From assembly GCA_964559415.1 (NCBI GenBank), contig CAZLIG010000001.1, positions 1-37,390 of the forward strand: a stretch of 37,390 nucleotides of DNA, read 5' to 3'. Source of the stretch: an uncultured Rhodospirillaceae bacterium. GTDB lineage: Bacteria > Pseudomonadota > Alphaproteobacteria > UBA9219. Numbering within the stretch: position 1 is the first letter of the stretch; every line of letters starts with the position of its first letter. The notes below the pieces were generated by a model. The model was not told the DNA's origin and made no database searches. It worked only from the letters and a program-made list of their open reading frames with translations. This document shows, one piece after another, positions 17,590-27,528 of the stretch. The position numbers and the translations under genes were made by a program.

Positions 17590-19704
17590 ATGTTCAAAGT
17601 TTACCGGAAAGAAATGGAATGGGGCGGCAGAATGCTGACGCTCGAAACGGGCCGGGTCGCGCGTCAAGCCGACGGCGCCGTTCTCGCCACTTACGGCGGC
17701 ACAACGGTTTTGTGCACTGTCGTAAGCGAACAAAAACCGAAGGAAGGCGAAGACTTCTTCCCGCTCACGGTCAACTACCAGGAAAAAGCATTTGCTGCAG
17801 GCAAGATTCCCGGCGGCTATTTCAAACGCGAAGGCCGCCCGAGCGAAAAGGAGACGCTCGTCAGCCGCCTGATCGATCGTCCGATCCGCCCGCTGTTTCC
17901 CGAAGGATATCGGAACGACACGCAAGTCATCGCGACAGTTTTGAGCCACGATCTCGAAAACGACGCCGATATCGTCGCGATGATCGGCTGCTCCGCAGCG
18001 CTCACGATTTCGGGCATCCCGTTCCTTGGCCCCATCGGCGCCGCACGCGTTGGCTATAAGAATGGCCAGTTCTTGCTGAATCCTCCGCGCCCCGAGCAGC
18101 CGGGCTCCGAGCTGGAACTCGTTGTCGCCGGTACGAAGGAAGGCGTCTTGATGGTCGAGTCCGAAGCGCAACAGCTTTCGGAAGCGACAATGCTTGATGC
18201 GGTTGTCTTCGGCCACAGCAACTTCCAGCCCGTAATCGACATGATCATTTCGTTGGCCGAAATGGCCGCGAAGGAACCGCGCGACTTGCCCCCTCCCTCT
18301 TACGACAAGAAGGCGCTCCAAGTCAGGCTGAAGGCTGTTATCGGTGACGACATTACGGCTGGCTATAACGAAACCGCGAAGCAGATCCGTTATGCAAAGC
18401 TGAACGCCGCTCAAGAAAAAGCTTTGGCCGCCATTCCTGAAACGGAATTCTCGCCGAAGCAAATTGCCGAAGGCGTCGAGCAGATGAAGTACGATTACGT
18501 GCGCGCAATGATCCTCGACAAGGGCCGCCGTATCGATGGACGCGACACAAAAACGGTTCGCCCCATCGTTTGCGAAGTGGGCATACTTCCGCGCGCGCAT
18601 GGTTCGGCGCTCTTTACCCGCGGCGAAACGCAGGCTCTAGTGGTCACGACGCTCGGCACGGCGCAAGACGAACAGATCGTCGACGCCCTGGACGGCGAAT
18701 ATCGCGAGCCCTTTATGTTGCACTACAACTTTCCTCCGTATTCGGTCGGTGAAACGGGCCGCATCGGCAGCCCCGGTCGCCGCGAAATCGGCCACGGCAA
18801 GCTTGCATGGCGCGCTGTTCATCCGCTGTTGCCCCCGAAGGAAAAGTTCCCCTACACGGTTCGCGTGGTCTCCGAAATCACCGAATCCAACGGCTCAAGC
18901 TCAATGGCCACCGTGTGCGGCTCGTCGCTCTCGTTAATGGACGCAGGCGTTCCAATGCCCGCGCCTGTCGCAGGCATCGCAATGGGCCTCATTAAGGAAG
19001 AGCGCGGTTTTGCCGTTCTCACCGACATTCTCGGTGACGAAGACCATCTTGGCGATATGGACTTCAAAGTTGCCGGAACCGAAAAAGGTGTTACGTCGCT
19101 CCAGATGGACATCAAGATCACGTCCATCACGGCGGAAATTATGAAGATCGCGCTTGAGCAAGCGAAGGCTGGCCGTATGCACATCCTCGGCGAAATGGCG
19201 AAAGCCATCGGCGGTGCACGCGAGTCGGTCAGTCAGAACGCGCCGCGTATCACCACGTTCTCGGTGCCCAAGGACAAAATCCGCGAAGTTATCGGAACGG
19301 GCGGAAAGGTCATCCGCGAAATCTGCGAAAAGACCGGAGCCAAGGTTGACATCGAAGACGACGGCACCATCAGTGTCGCAGCGATCGACCAAAGCGCAGC
19401 GGATGCCGCGATCAAGTGGATCAAAGGCATTGTCACCGAACCGGAGGTAGGAATTGTCTACACCGGCAAAGTCGTCAAAATTGTCGACTTCGGCGCATTC
19501 GTAAACTTCCTGGGTGCGCGGGACGGCTTGGTCCATATCTCGGAAATCAAGCCGCAACGCATTGAAAAAGTGTCGGATTTTCTCAAGGTTGGCGATGAAG
19601 TCAAGGTCAAGGTGCTCGGCATCGACGACCGCGGCAAAGTCAAGCTGTCGATGAAAGCCATCGATCAGGCGACCGGAGAAGACTTGCAGAACAAGCAAGC
19701 GTAA
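17590..19704 (+). CDS. pnp: polyribonucleotide nucleotidyltransferase (PNPase)
   Basis: 704 aa with two RNase PH domains, then KH ([10 protein letters not shown]) and S1 ([15 protein letters not shown]) domains. It follows rpsO after a 258-nt leader with hairpins at 17521-17544 and 17553-17569. Confidence 0.97.
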   Translation: MFKVYRKEMEWGGRMLTLETGRVARQADGAVLATYGGTTVLCTVVSEQKPKEGEDFFPLTVNYQEKAFAAGKIPGGYFKREGRPSEKETLVSRLIDRPIRPLFPEGYRNDTQVIATVLSHDLENDADIVAMIGCSAALTISGIPFLGPIGAARVGYKNGQFLLNPPRPEQPGSELELVVAGTKEGVLMVESEAQQLSEATMLDAVVFGHSNFQPVIDMIISLAEMAAKEPRDLPPPSYDKKALQVRLKAVIGDDITAGYNETAKQIRYAKLNAAQEKALAAIPETEFSPKQIAEGVEQMKYDYVRAMILDKGRRIDGRDTKTVRPIVCEVGILPRAHGSALFTRGETQALVVTTLGTAQDEQIVDALDGEYREPFMLHYNFPPYSVGETGRIGSPGRREIGHGKLAWRAVHPLLPPKEKFPYTVRVVSEITESNGSSSMATVCGSSLSLMDAGVPMPAPVAGIAMGLIKEERGFAVLTDILGDEDHLGDMDFKVAGTEKGVTSLQMDIKITSITAEIMKIALEQAKAGRMHILGEMAKAIGGARESVSQNAPRITTFSVPKDKIREVIGTGGKVIREICEKTGAKVDIEDDGTISVAAIDQSAADAAIKWIKGIVTEPEVGIVYTGKVVKIVDFGAFVNFLGARDGLVHISEIKPQRIEKVSDFLKVGDEVKVKVLGIDDRGKVKLSMKAIDQATGEDLQNKQA

Positions 19705-19728
19705 CTTCAGGAAACAAAGTTGTGAAAG

Positions 19729-19763
19729 CAAGCGGCGCCGAAAGGCGCCGCTTGTTTTTGTCT
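19729..19763 (+). terminator. rho-independent terminator of pnp
   Basis: 11-bp GC-rich stem CAAGCGGCGCC/GGCGCCGCTTG with a GAAA loop, followed by TTTTT. Confidence 0.85.
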
Positions 19764-19849
19764 TTACCCTTTGGTAACGCTGCACCTTTAGTCTTTCCGG
19801 CGAAGTCTCGCCAAGCTTCTTTTTTAGCCAACAACATTGCGTGTCAAAA

Positions 19850-20599
19850 ATGAAAGTTCTCGTCACCGTAAAGCGCGTCATCGACTACAACGTCAACATC
19901 CGCATCAAAGCAGATAATAGCGGTGTCGAGACAGCCAACGTCAAAATGTCCATGAACCCGTTCGACGAAATCGCCGTTGAAGAAGCGGTCCGTCTGAAAG
20001 AAAAGGGCATCGCGACCGAAACCGTCGTTGTGACCATCGGCCCCGCCGCTGCTCAGGAAACGTTGCGTACAGCCCTCGCGATGGGCATCGACCGCGCCAT
20101 CCATATTCCCGTGGACACCGAAGTTCAATCTCTCGGGGTTGCCCGCGCACTGAAAAAAATTGTGGAAAAAGAAAAGCCCGATCTTGTTATCCTGGGCAAA
20201 CAAGCCATCGATCAGGAAAGCAACCAAACAGGGGCTCTTCTCGCAGCACAACTTGGCTGGCCTCAAGGAACCTTCGTCTCAAAACTGGAGGTGGTGGACG
20301 GCCAAGCGAAGGTTACCCGCGAGATCGACGGCGGCCTCGAAACCGTGTCGCTTAAGCTCCCTGCTATCATCACGGCGGACTTGCGCCTGAATACCCCGCG
20401 CTTTGCGACGTTGCCCAACATCATGAAGGCGAAAAAACGCCCCTTGGAGACAATTCAGGTCGCCGATCTCGGTGTCGATTTGTCCCCGACAATCCAGATA
20501 CTGAAGGTCACGCCTCCTCCCGCGCGGAAAGGCGGCATCAAGGTTGCCGATGTCGCGGCGCTCGTCGAAAAGCTTAAAAACGAAGCAAAAGTGATTTAA
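19850..20599 (+). CDS. etfB: electron transfer flavoprotein beta subunit
   Basis: [15 protein letters not shown] start, then [11 protein letters not shown] and [14 protein letters not shown] blocks. The ATG at 19850 is preferred to the track's GTG at 19841. Confidence 0.93.
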   Translation: MKVLVTVKRVIDYNVNIRIKADNSGVETANVKMSMNPFDEIAVEEAVRLKEKGIATETVVVTIGPAAAQETLRTALAMGIDRAIHIPVDTEVQSLGVARALKKIVEKEKPDLVILGKQAIDQESNQTGALLAAQLGWPQGTFVSKLEVVDGQAKVTREIDGGLETVSLKLPAIITADLRLNTPRFATLPNIMKAKKRPLETIQVADLGVDLSPTIQILKVTPPPARKGGIKVADVAALVEKLKNEAKVI

Positions 20600-20631
20600 C
20601 GACCGTCGCATATAGTTCGAAAGGAAATCTC

Positions 20632-21558
20632 ATGCCCACACTAGTTGTCGCTGAACACGACCATAAATCCCTCAAGCCCGCAACGCTAAACACCATAACA
20701 GCAGCCGCGAAGCTAGGCCCTGTCACGGTTCTCGTTGTCGGACTTGACGCCGCAGGGGCCGCTCAAGAAGCCGCCTCCATCCAAGGCGTGTCGGCAGTGC
20801 TTCACGCGGACGATGCGGCCTACGCCAACTTTCTCGCCGAAAATGTCGCCGCGCTTGTCTCAAAGCTCGCGCCCTCATATTCGCACATCCTTGCTCCCGC
20901 GACGAGCTTCGGAAAGAACGTTCTGCCCCGCGCCGCCGGACTCTGCGACGTCGCTCAAATCTCGGATATCATCGGCATTGAAAGCGAAGACACCTTTGTT
21001 CGGCCAATCTATGCGGGCAACGCTATCGCCACCGTGAAATCCACCGACAAGATCAAGTTCATCACGGTGCGCGGCACAGCCTTCGATAAGGCGGCCAAAG
21101 GCGGCAGTGCGCCCATCAAAAAAATCGAAGGGGCTGGAGAGTCGGGCCTATCAACATTTATCGGCGCGGAACTCACAAAATCGGAGCGTCCCGAACTCAC
21201 GGCAGCGACCATTGTCGTCTCGGGCGGACGCGGCTTGGATTCCGCAGAGAAGTTCAAAGCGACATTGGAACCCCTCGCCGACAAGCTGAAAGCAGCCATT
21301 GGCGCATCGCGCTCAGCGGTGGATGCGGGCTTCATATCGAACGATTGCCAAGTTGGCCAAACCGGCAAAATTGTCGCTCCAAATTTATACATAGCCGTCG
21401 GCATCTCGGGCGCTATTCAGCACTTGGCAGGTATGAAGGACAGCAAAACAATCGTCGCGATCAACAAAGACCCTGACGCGCCGATCTTCGCCGTGGCCGA
21501 TTACGGCATTGTCGGAGACTTGTTCACGGTCGTCCCAGACCTGATGAAAGCTCTTTAA
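20632..21558 (+). CDS. etfA: electron transfer flavoprotein alpha subunit
   Basis: C-terminal FAD-binding blocks ([45 protein letters not shown]). Confidence 0.93.
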   Translation: MPTLVVAEHDHKSLKPATLNTITAAAKLGPVTVLVVGLDAAGAAQEAASIQGVSAVLHADDAAYANFLAENVAALVSKLAPSYSHILAPATSFGKNVLPRAAGLCDVAQISDIIGIESEDTFVRPIYAGNAIATVKSTDKIKFITVRGTAFDKAAKGGSAPIKKIEGAGESGLSTFIGAELTKSERPELTAATIVVSGGRGLDSAEKFKATLEPLADKLKAAIGASRSAVDAGFISNDCQVGQTGKIVAPNLYIAVGISGAIQHLAGMKDSKTIVAINKDPDAPIFAVADYGIVGDLFTVVPDLMKAL

Positions 21559-21573
21559 TGAGAGAGCATTAGG

Positions 21574-21601
21574 AAAGGCGGCCTTCGGGCCGCCTTTTTT
21601 G
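21574..21601 (+). terminator. rho-independent terminator after etfA (could also serve the convergent HAD gene)
   Basis: Stem GGCGGCC/GGCCGCC with a TTCG loop, flanked by AAA on the left and TTTTTT on the right. Confidence 0.8.
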
Positions 21602-21603
21602 TA

Positions 21604-22521
21604 TCAGATAGGAGCCGGACGATGAAAGTGCCCCGCGATTTTGTTTATTTGTGCACGAACCTGAGTTGCAGTCGCTGCGGGGTAAACCCCGGTCAAAGGA
21701 TTCCCGTTGAATTCGAGACTTGAGACATTGTCCGATCCGACCCAAACAACCGGAACGCCAGCCCTGTATGCTGCAATGACGCCCGACTTTCCATCCTCGC
21801 AAACGCCGGAAGCAGCCCTTATCCGCTCTATGGTTCCCTCGGTAGGTTGCGAAAACCCCATCAGCAACGCCGTTTTTCTAAGCCCAAGATTATATGAAAA
21901 GGGATGGGGTTTTTTGTGCTCAAGAGAGATTTCTTCGGCAGCAACAATGAAATCCCAGCTTCGACCGACTTTATCCAACACGGTCATGTTTGTGATAAAA
22001 ATCGGATCGCCCAAGCTTCCCGTGACCGCGCCGACAATCCAATTCTCTTCGTGCATCTCTTCAATGATTTCTTCAATGCCTTCGCGAGGCCGCAGAAGAT
22101 CTCTGTTTCTAATAAAACCGCTAAGATGCATGGCACGAATAGTCGCAATTTCAGCCCGCATTTCCTCTGCTCCGGAAACGCCCTTCGCATTTTCGGAACC
22201 CTGCTTGCCGATAATCCAGCACGCGATCACGGCAGGATCTGAACCCCGCAAATACTGCCGCGCCATTTTCATGCTGCCGTCATCCTGCAGAACGGATATG
22301 TCGTGCAGTTGGTCGAACATCTCGTCCGTCAGCCTTACGCCGTAAGCTGCGGCGGCATCGATCCACGCCTGAACGTGAACCGGCTCGTTTTCCACAGTGC
22401 ACCCGTCAATATCCCAGTGCCAAGCACCTTGATGGAGAAACATGTCTCGATATTCCGGTGCGGAAGCTCTGGACGATGCCAAATAGTCTTCCAATCCGGC
22501 AGGAGCCAAAGAGGCAGTCAT
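21604..22521 (-). CDS. HAD-superfamily hydrolase with an enlarged cap region
   Basis: Motif I WDIDGCTVENE (DxDGT), motif II GAVTGS, motif III KKPHP and motif IV EDGKSGVIAAYRAG. About 110 residues lie between motifs I and II. Confidence 0.7.
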   Translation of the reverse strand: MTASLAPAGLEDYLASSRASAPEYRDMFLHQGAWHWDIDGCTVENEPVHVQAWIDAAAAYGVRLTDEMFDQLHDISVLQDDGSMKMARQYLRGSDPAVIACWIIGKQGSENAKGVSGAEEMRAEIATIRAMHLSGFIRNRDLLRPREGIEEIIEEMHEENWIVGAVTGSLGDPIFITNMTVLDKVGRSWDFIVAAEEISLEHKKPHPFSYNLGLRKTALLMGFSQPTEGTIERIRAASGVCEDGKSGVIAAYRAGVPVVWVGSDNVSSLEFNGNPLTGVYPAATATQVRAQINKIAGHFHRPAPI

Positions 22522-22537
22522 GGGTCCTCAGGGGCTA

Positions 22538-22567
22538 GGGGGCGGTAAACAAAAGTTTACCGCCCCC
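22538..22567. other. perfect 13-bp hairpin (GGGGGCGGTAAAC-AAAA-GTTTACCGCCCCC) between the EamA and HAD genes
   Basis: Read directly from the sequence. Neither strand has a U-tract after it. On the minus strand it ends next to the GAGGA Shine-Dalgarno of the HAD gene. Confidence 0.6.
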
Positions 22568-22591
22568 AAGAGCCCTGAATTTTGACTTGTG

Positions 22592-23509
22592 TTAATCGAT
22601 ACGCGGCATTGTGCGGCTGATGCGCCTCTCTTGCCGGAAGAGATATAAAGCGGAGGCGATAATCACCACCGATCCATAGAGCAGCGGCGGTTTCGGAACA
22701 TCCCCCCAAACCAAGAACCCCAAAAGCCCGCCCCAAATAATTTGAGTATATTGAAAAGGAGCAACCGCAACCACCGGGGCGTGCCTGTAGGCCTGCGCGA
22801 GCAAAGTCCACCCGATGCCGCCCAAAGCGCCCGCTCCGCACAAAGCCGCAAAAACCCAAGGTTCCATCGCAACGATGCCGCTCCAGCAGCATAAGAACAT
22901 TCCGCCGATGGCCAGGATAAGCCGCGAATAAAAAGCGGTGCTTTCGCACTTTTCTTTATCGGACACCAGCCGGAGCAGAAACATCTGTGTCGATGCGGCA
23001 AGCATATTTCCCGCGAGGAAAACATAGGGAACCCACGACCCTTCGTTCACAAAAAGATGGACGGGGTTAACGGCAATCGTCACTCCGACAAATCCCGCTA
23101 CAATGGCTAGCCCTCGCTTCCAGCCAATAACTTCCCTAAGGACAACCGATGCCATGCACGCCACTACCATCGGCGCGAGAAACGAGACAACGTACATATT
23201 TGCGAGCGGGAGCAGCGGTAATGCGGCCATCCAAAACGCGAACCCGACAAACTGCAATAACCCCAAGACAACCAGACCGTACCATCTATTGGGCTTCAAG
23301 TGATCAAGGGTGCCTCTCGCAGCAGTAAAGGCAAAAATTGTCGCCATGCTGGCAACACCGCAAATCAGCAGAATCTCTCCCTGCGGCACCCCGGCCTCCC
23401 GCGCCATTTTTAGAAAAGCATCGCTGATCGGCCACCCAATGAAAACAAGCAGGGCCAATGAAGCAGCGAGAGGATAGTTTCTTTTCGGCTGCAGAAAAGG
23501 GAAGGGCAA
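22592..23509 (-). CDS. EamA/DMT-family transporter
   Basis: 305 aa with about 10 hydrophobic helices in two repeated halves, a typical drug/metabolite transporter layout. Confidence 0.82.
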   Translation of the reverse strand: MPFPFLQPKRNYPLAASLALLVFIGWPISDAFLKMAREAGVPQGEILLICGVASMATIFAFTAARGTLDHLKPNRWYGLVVLGLLQFVGFAFWMAALPLLPLANMYVVSFLAPMVVACMASVVLREVIGWKRGLAIVAGFVGVTIAVNPVHLFVNEGSWVPYVFLAGNMLAASTQMFLLRLVSDKEKCESTAFYSRLILAIGGMFLCCWSGIVAMEPWVFAALCGAGALGGIGWTLLAQAYRHAPVVAVAPFQYTQIIWGGLLGFLVWGDVPKPPLLYGSVVIIASALYLFRQERRISRTMPRID

Positions 23510-23521
23510 AAAGAACTCCTG

Positions 23522-26254
23522 TTACTGGGCGGCTCCGTGACAGTGTTTGTACTTCTTGCCGGAACCGCATGGACAAGCCGCATTGCGCGGGGTATCGCCC
23601 CATGTTTCCGGGTTGGCTGGATCAAAAGGTTGGTTTTGCAAGGGCACAACGCCCATCGGACCGCTCCGCACGACCATGCCCTCTGGGAGTTCCTCGCCAA
23701 AAGCTCCTGCCGCCTCGGCGCCGCTCAATTCGGTCATGGCGGCTGCGCGCTGACGCTCAAGAACCTCTTCCATCGACGGCAACTGCATTCCCGCGTGCAT
23801 CAACGTCTTTGTAACCTTCTCCTTAACGGCGCCACGCATCATTTCGTAAAGACCAAAGGCTTCGCGGCTGTATTCGTTCAGCGGGTCGCGCTGACCATAG
23901 CCGCGCAAATGGATGCCCTGCCGCAGTTGATCGAGCGCCAAAAGGTGCTCCTTCCAAACCTGATCGAGCGTTCCAAGAAGCGCCGCTTTTTCGGCATGGC
24001 GCAAAGCGCTCGGATCGATGATCGAAGTCTTTTCTTTAATCTTATCTTCGGCGGCTTTCCTAACCCGCTCTTCGATCTCGACTTCGCTGGCGTTACCTTC
24101 CGCTGTCCATTCCTGCACGGGCAGATCAAGCGCCAAAACGTCCTTAATGTGTTCCTGCAATCCCTCAATATCCCACTGTTCGACGTAAGAATGCGGCGGA
24201 ATGGCGCTCCGTACCATGTCGTGAATGATTTCCTCGCGAAACTCGCGAATGAAATCGGAAACATCGCCCGAAGCCATAATTTCACGGCGTTGCTCATAAA
24301 TGACCTTGCGCTGGTCGTTCATGACATTGTCGAACTTGAGCAAGTTCTTGCGGATGTCGAAGTTGTGAGCCTCGACCTTCTGTTGGGCCTTCTCCAGCGC
24401 CGTGGTAATCCACGGGTGCGCAATCTTTTCGCCGTCACGAAGCCCGAGCCTCGCAAGAATGGCCTGAGTCTGATTGTGCGCGCCAAAAATGCGCATTAGA
24501 TCGTCTTCAAGCGATAGGAAAAACATCGAAGCGCCCGGGTCGCCCTGACGTCCGGAACGACCGCGAAGCTGGTTATCAATGCGGCGCGATTCATGCCGTT
24601 CGGTGCCGATCACGAACAAGCCGCCCGCCTTGCGAACCTGCTCGCGAGCCTCGTCGATTTCCTTGCGCAAAGCGGCCACGGTCGCAGCGTCGGGTTCGCC
24701 CTGAGCTTTCAACTCACCGAGGCGCGCCTCGAAATTGCCGCCAAGCTGAATGTCGGTGCCTCGGCCAGCCATGTTGGTGGCAATGGTGACAGCCCCGGGC
24801 CGACCGGCTTGGGCGATAATCGTGGCCTCCTGATCATGGAAACGCGCATTGAGAACGCTGTGCGGAACGCCCTTCTTCTTCAAAAGACCCGCAAGAAATT
24901 CAGACTTTTCGATAGACACTGTGCCGACAAGCGTCGGTTGCCCGCGCTTCCGGCAGTCGTCGATCAGCTTAATGATCGCCTCGTTTTTCTCCGCAAGGGT
25001 GCCATAAACCTCGTCGTTCATGTCATTGCGAATGACGGGGACATTCGTGGGAATCTCGACGACTTCAAGATTGTAAATCTCAGCAAACTCGGCAGCCTCG
25101 GTTAAAGCCGTCCCCGTCATGCCCGAAAGTTTCGGATACAGGCGGAAGTAATTTTGGAAAGTGATGCTTGCCAGCGTCTGGTTTTCGCGTTGAATCGAGA
25201 CGTGCTCTTTTGCTTCCAAGGCTTGATGAAGCCCATCCGAATACCGGCGGCCTTCCATCATGCGCCCCGTGAACTCGTCAATGATAATAACCTTGTCGCT
25301 CTTGACGATATAATCGACGTCTCTGGCGAACATCTTATGGGCGCGGAGCGCCTGATTGACATGATGAACGATCGACACGTTGGCGGGGTCGTACAAACCG
25401 CTGGAGTTGGGCGCAAGCAGTCCGACCTCTCCAAGCAAGACTTCGATACGTTCGTTACCCTGTTCTGTCAGAACGACGGTTTTTGCCTTCTCGTCTTTCT
25501 CATAGTCGGTCGGGTCCAGCTTGGGAATAACTTCATTGACGCGGATATAAAGCTCGGACGAGTCTTCTGCGGGGCCGGAAATAATCAACGGCGTGCGCGC
25601 CTCGTCGATCAAAATACTGTCCACTTCGTCCACGATGGCGAAGTTAAACGCGCGTTGAACGAGGTCTTCCTGCGCAAATTTCATGTTGTCGCGCAGATAA
25701 TCAAAGCCAAATTCGTTGTTTGTGCCGTAGGTGATATCGGCGGCGTACTGAACTTTACGCTCGTCGTCATCGAGCCCGTGGACGATGCATCCCACCGAAA
25801 GGCCCAAAAAGTTGTGTATCCGCCCCATCCACGCGCTGTCGCGACGGGCAAGGTAGTCATTGACCGTGACGATATGCACGCCCTTACCTGTCAAGGCGTT
25901 TAAGTAGCTAGGCAGAACGGCGACGAGAGTTTTGCCTTCGCCGGTGCGCATTTCCGAAATCTTGCCTTGATGCAGAACCATCCCGCCGCGTAGCTGAACG
26001 TCAAAGGGCCTTTGGCCCAAAACACGCCAGGCGGCTTCGCGAACTGTCGAAAAAGCCTCGGGAAGCAAAGAATCAAGTGTTTCCCCTTTCGCCAAACGCG
26101 CTTTGAACTCGTCGGTTTTGCCGCGAAGCTCCTCATCGGATAAGGACTTAAATTGCGGTTCCAAAGCATTAATCTGCGCAACGACAGGGGTCTGAGCCTG
26201 CAACGCGCGGTCATTGTGGGAACCAAAGATTTTACGGACGATGGAAGCAATCAT
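23522..26254 (-). CDS. secA: preprotein translocase ATPase SecA
   Basis: 910 aa with Walker A MRTGEGKT, the [19 protein letters not shown] block and the C-terminal zinc motif [14 protein letters not shown]. Confidence 0.98.
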   Translation of the reverse strand: MIASIVRKIFGSHNDRALQAQTPVVAQINALEPQFKSLSDEELRGKTDEFKARLAKGETLDSLLPEAFSTVREAAWRVLGQRPFDVQLRGGMVLHQGKISEMRTGEGKTLVAVLPSYLNALTGKGVHIVTVNDYLARRDSAWMGRIHNFLGLSVGCIVHGLDDDERKVQYAADITYGTNNEFGFDYLRDNMKFAQEDLVQRAFNFAIVDEVDSILIDEARTPLIISGPAEDSSELYIRVNEVIPKLDPTDYEKDEKAKTVVLTEQGNERIEVLLGEVGLLAPNSSGLYDPANVSIVHHVNQALRAHKMFARDVDYIVKSDKVIIIDEFTGRMMEGRRYSDGLHQALEAKEHVSIQRENQTLASITFQNYFRLYPKLSGMTGTALTEAAEFAEIYNLEVVEIPTNVPVIRNDMNDEVYGTLAEKNEAIIKLIDDCRKRGQPTLVGTVSIEKSEFLAGLLKKKGVPHSVLNARFHDQEATIIAQAGRPGAVTIATNMAGRGTDIQLGGNFEARLGELKAQGEPDAATVAALRKEIDEAREQVRKAGGLFVIGTERHESRRIDNQLRGRSGRQGDPGASMFFLSLEDDLMRIFGAHNQTQAILARLGLRDGEKIAHPWITTALEKAQQKVEAHNFDIRKNLLKFDNVMNDQRKVIYEQRREIMASGDVSDFIREFREEIIHDMVRSAIPPHSYVEQWDIEGLQEHIKDVLALDLPVQEWTAEGNASEVEIEERVRKAAEDKIKEKTSIIDPSALRHAEKAALLGTLDQVWKEHLLALDQLRQGIHLRGYGQRDPLNEYSREAFGLYEMMRGAVKEKVTKTLMHAGMQLPSMEEVLERQRAAAMTELSGAEAAGAFGEELPEGMVVRSGPMGVVPLQNQPFDPANPETWGDTPRNAACPCGSGKKYKHCHGAAQ

Positions 26255-26357
26255 TATGAACGTCAGCTTGGGGTGAGTGTTAACGCAAATATTTACGTGC
26301 TCTTTTAGATGGCTGTTTTAGCGTCAAAATGCAAGAGAATGTGGTATTAATTTAAGC

Positions 26358-26392
26358 ACAAAAAACCCTTCGGCGCATTGCGCCGAAGGGGG
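26358..26392 (-). terminator. rho-independent terminator of the dotH-dotG-dotF-like operon
   Basis: On the minus strand there is an 11-bp stem CCCTTCGGCGC/GCGCCGAAGGG with a 3-nt loop, followed by TTTTTTGTG. It lies 21 nt downstream of the stop at 26413. Confidence 0.82.
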
Positions 26393-26412
26393 GCGATTTC
26401 TTAATGGAAAAC

Positions 26413-27492
26413 TTACTGAACTGAACCTTTTGTTCCGCGCACGATCCAAGAATCGCCCTGAGGCTCAATAGCGGTAACTTTACCAACTCCCGCAACCATA
26501 TCGCCCACGTGAACTTTCTTCAGCTCTTTGGAGTCTGCGCTTTGGGAAATCCAACCTTCCCCGGTAGAGGCCGCGCGCAACACCCAAGAAGGGGTTGGCT
26601 CAGCTTTGGCAACAACCTTGCGTGTCTTCGGAGCGGACGGCTTAACGACCTTTTTGACCGGGGCGGGTGCCGCTACCTCGTCGAATGCCAAGTCATCGGC
26701 AGCTTTGCTAGGCGCAGCCTTACGGCCCAAACGCTTTTCAAGCTTGGCTATTCTCTGATCGAGGCTCTCCGCCGAGACGGGCGCTCCATCAATGGCCGAA
26801 AAGTGAGACAGCCTTTCGTTAGCCTGATCGAGTGCCTTTTGAAGGTCCTCTACGCGCGCCGATAACGCTTCGATTCGGGTGTCGGTATCGCTCTTGACTT
26901 GCGTTCCAGAGCCGGTGGTTTGCGGGGCAATCGCCTGCGAAGAAACCGGCGGCGGCAACGGCACAGCCTGAACGGCTCTAGAGCCGACGTTGGCGGCAAC
27001 AACGACTGGCGCAGCAGGAGCGGGTTCCTGCGGATTGGCAGGAAGGGGCGGTGGCGCTGGTATAGATGAAGTGGTGGGCGCTGCTCCCGATGGTTCAACG
27101 GCTGGCGCGAAGGAAGGAGCCGGTTCCGGAGAGAGAGGAGGAACGCTGCTGACCTGCGTAGCCTCGGGAAGAGTTGTTTGAGGCTGAGGCACTTTTTCTG
27201 CAAAAGAAGGCTTCGGACTCTCAACGCCGGGCAAAGAGTCCCCGTTCAGATGCCACCAAGCCGCGCCACCGAGCAAAGCAATGCCGCCAAGAGCAACGGC
27301 AACGGGAAGAAGGGCCGATCTTTTGGCCGGGACGACTATTTGCTCTTCGGGCGGAAGCCCGTCGGAAAATTCGTATTCGGAGGGAGCCTCGGCAGGCGCC
27401 TCCAGAGAAGAGTCTTCAGTGTCTTCCAAGGCCGTCTCAGACGACATATTTTCGTTGCGATCTTGCGGCCCTGAGCCGAAGTTATCTGTCAT
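26413..27492 (-). CDS. DotF/IcmG-like (IncI TraP-like) bitopic inner-membrane protein of a type IVB secretion core complex
   Basis: AGGAG Shine-Dalgarno 6 nt before the ATG at 27492. The layout is an acidic N-terminus, one TM helix (LLPVAVALGGIALLGGAAWW), a Pro/Ala-rich linker of about 110 aa, a coiled coil (RIEALSARVEDLQKALDQANERL) and a C-terminal beta domain. That domain (WVLRAASTGEGWISQ..VHVGDMVAGVGKVTAIEPQGDSWIVRGTKGSV) resembles the DotF C-terminus as I remember it. Its position directly after a dotG-like gene supports the call. Confidence 0.6.
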   Translation of the reverse strand: MTDNFGSGPQDRNENMSSETALEDTEDSSLEAPAEAPSEYEFSDGLPPEEQIVVPAKRSALLPVAVALGGIALLGGAAWWHLNGDSLPGVESPKPSFAEKVPQPQTTLPEATQVSSVPPLSPEPAPSFAPAVEPSGAAPTTSSIPAPPPLPANPQEPAPAAPVVVAANVGSRAVQAVPLPPPVSSQAIAPQTTGSGTQVKSDTDTRIEALSARVEDLQKALDQANERLSHFSAIDGAPVSAESLDQRIAKLEKRLGRKAAPSKAADDLAFDEVAAPAPVKKVVKPSAPKTRKVVAKAEPTPSWVLRAASTGEGWISQSADSKELKKVHVGDMVAGVGKVTAIEPQGDSWIVRGTKGSVQ

Positions 27493-27528
27493 TACAAGCT
27501 CCTGCGTTTAACGGACGCGCGCGTCCGA

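Noticed and set aside
17548-18600. 350-aa minus-strand ORF, together with the 315-aa minus-strand ORF at 18934..19881
   Set aside because: Both lie entirely antisense to the unmistakable pnp gene. The second runs on through the 145-bp pnp-etfB spacer and ends about 40 nt inside the etfB ORF. Their Arg/Ala/Leu-rich, low-complexity composition is typical of shadow ORFs opposite a highly conserved gene, and they contain no motifs.
23537-25903. Plus-strand ORFs of 320 aa (23537..24499), 170 aa (24593..25105) and 249 aa (25154..25903)
   Set aside because: All are antisense to secA, whose identity is certain. They are shadow frames with no recognisable domains.
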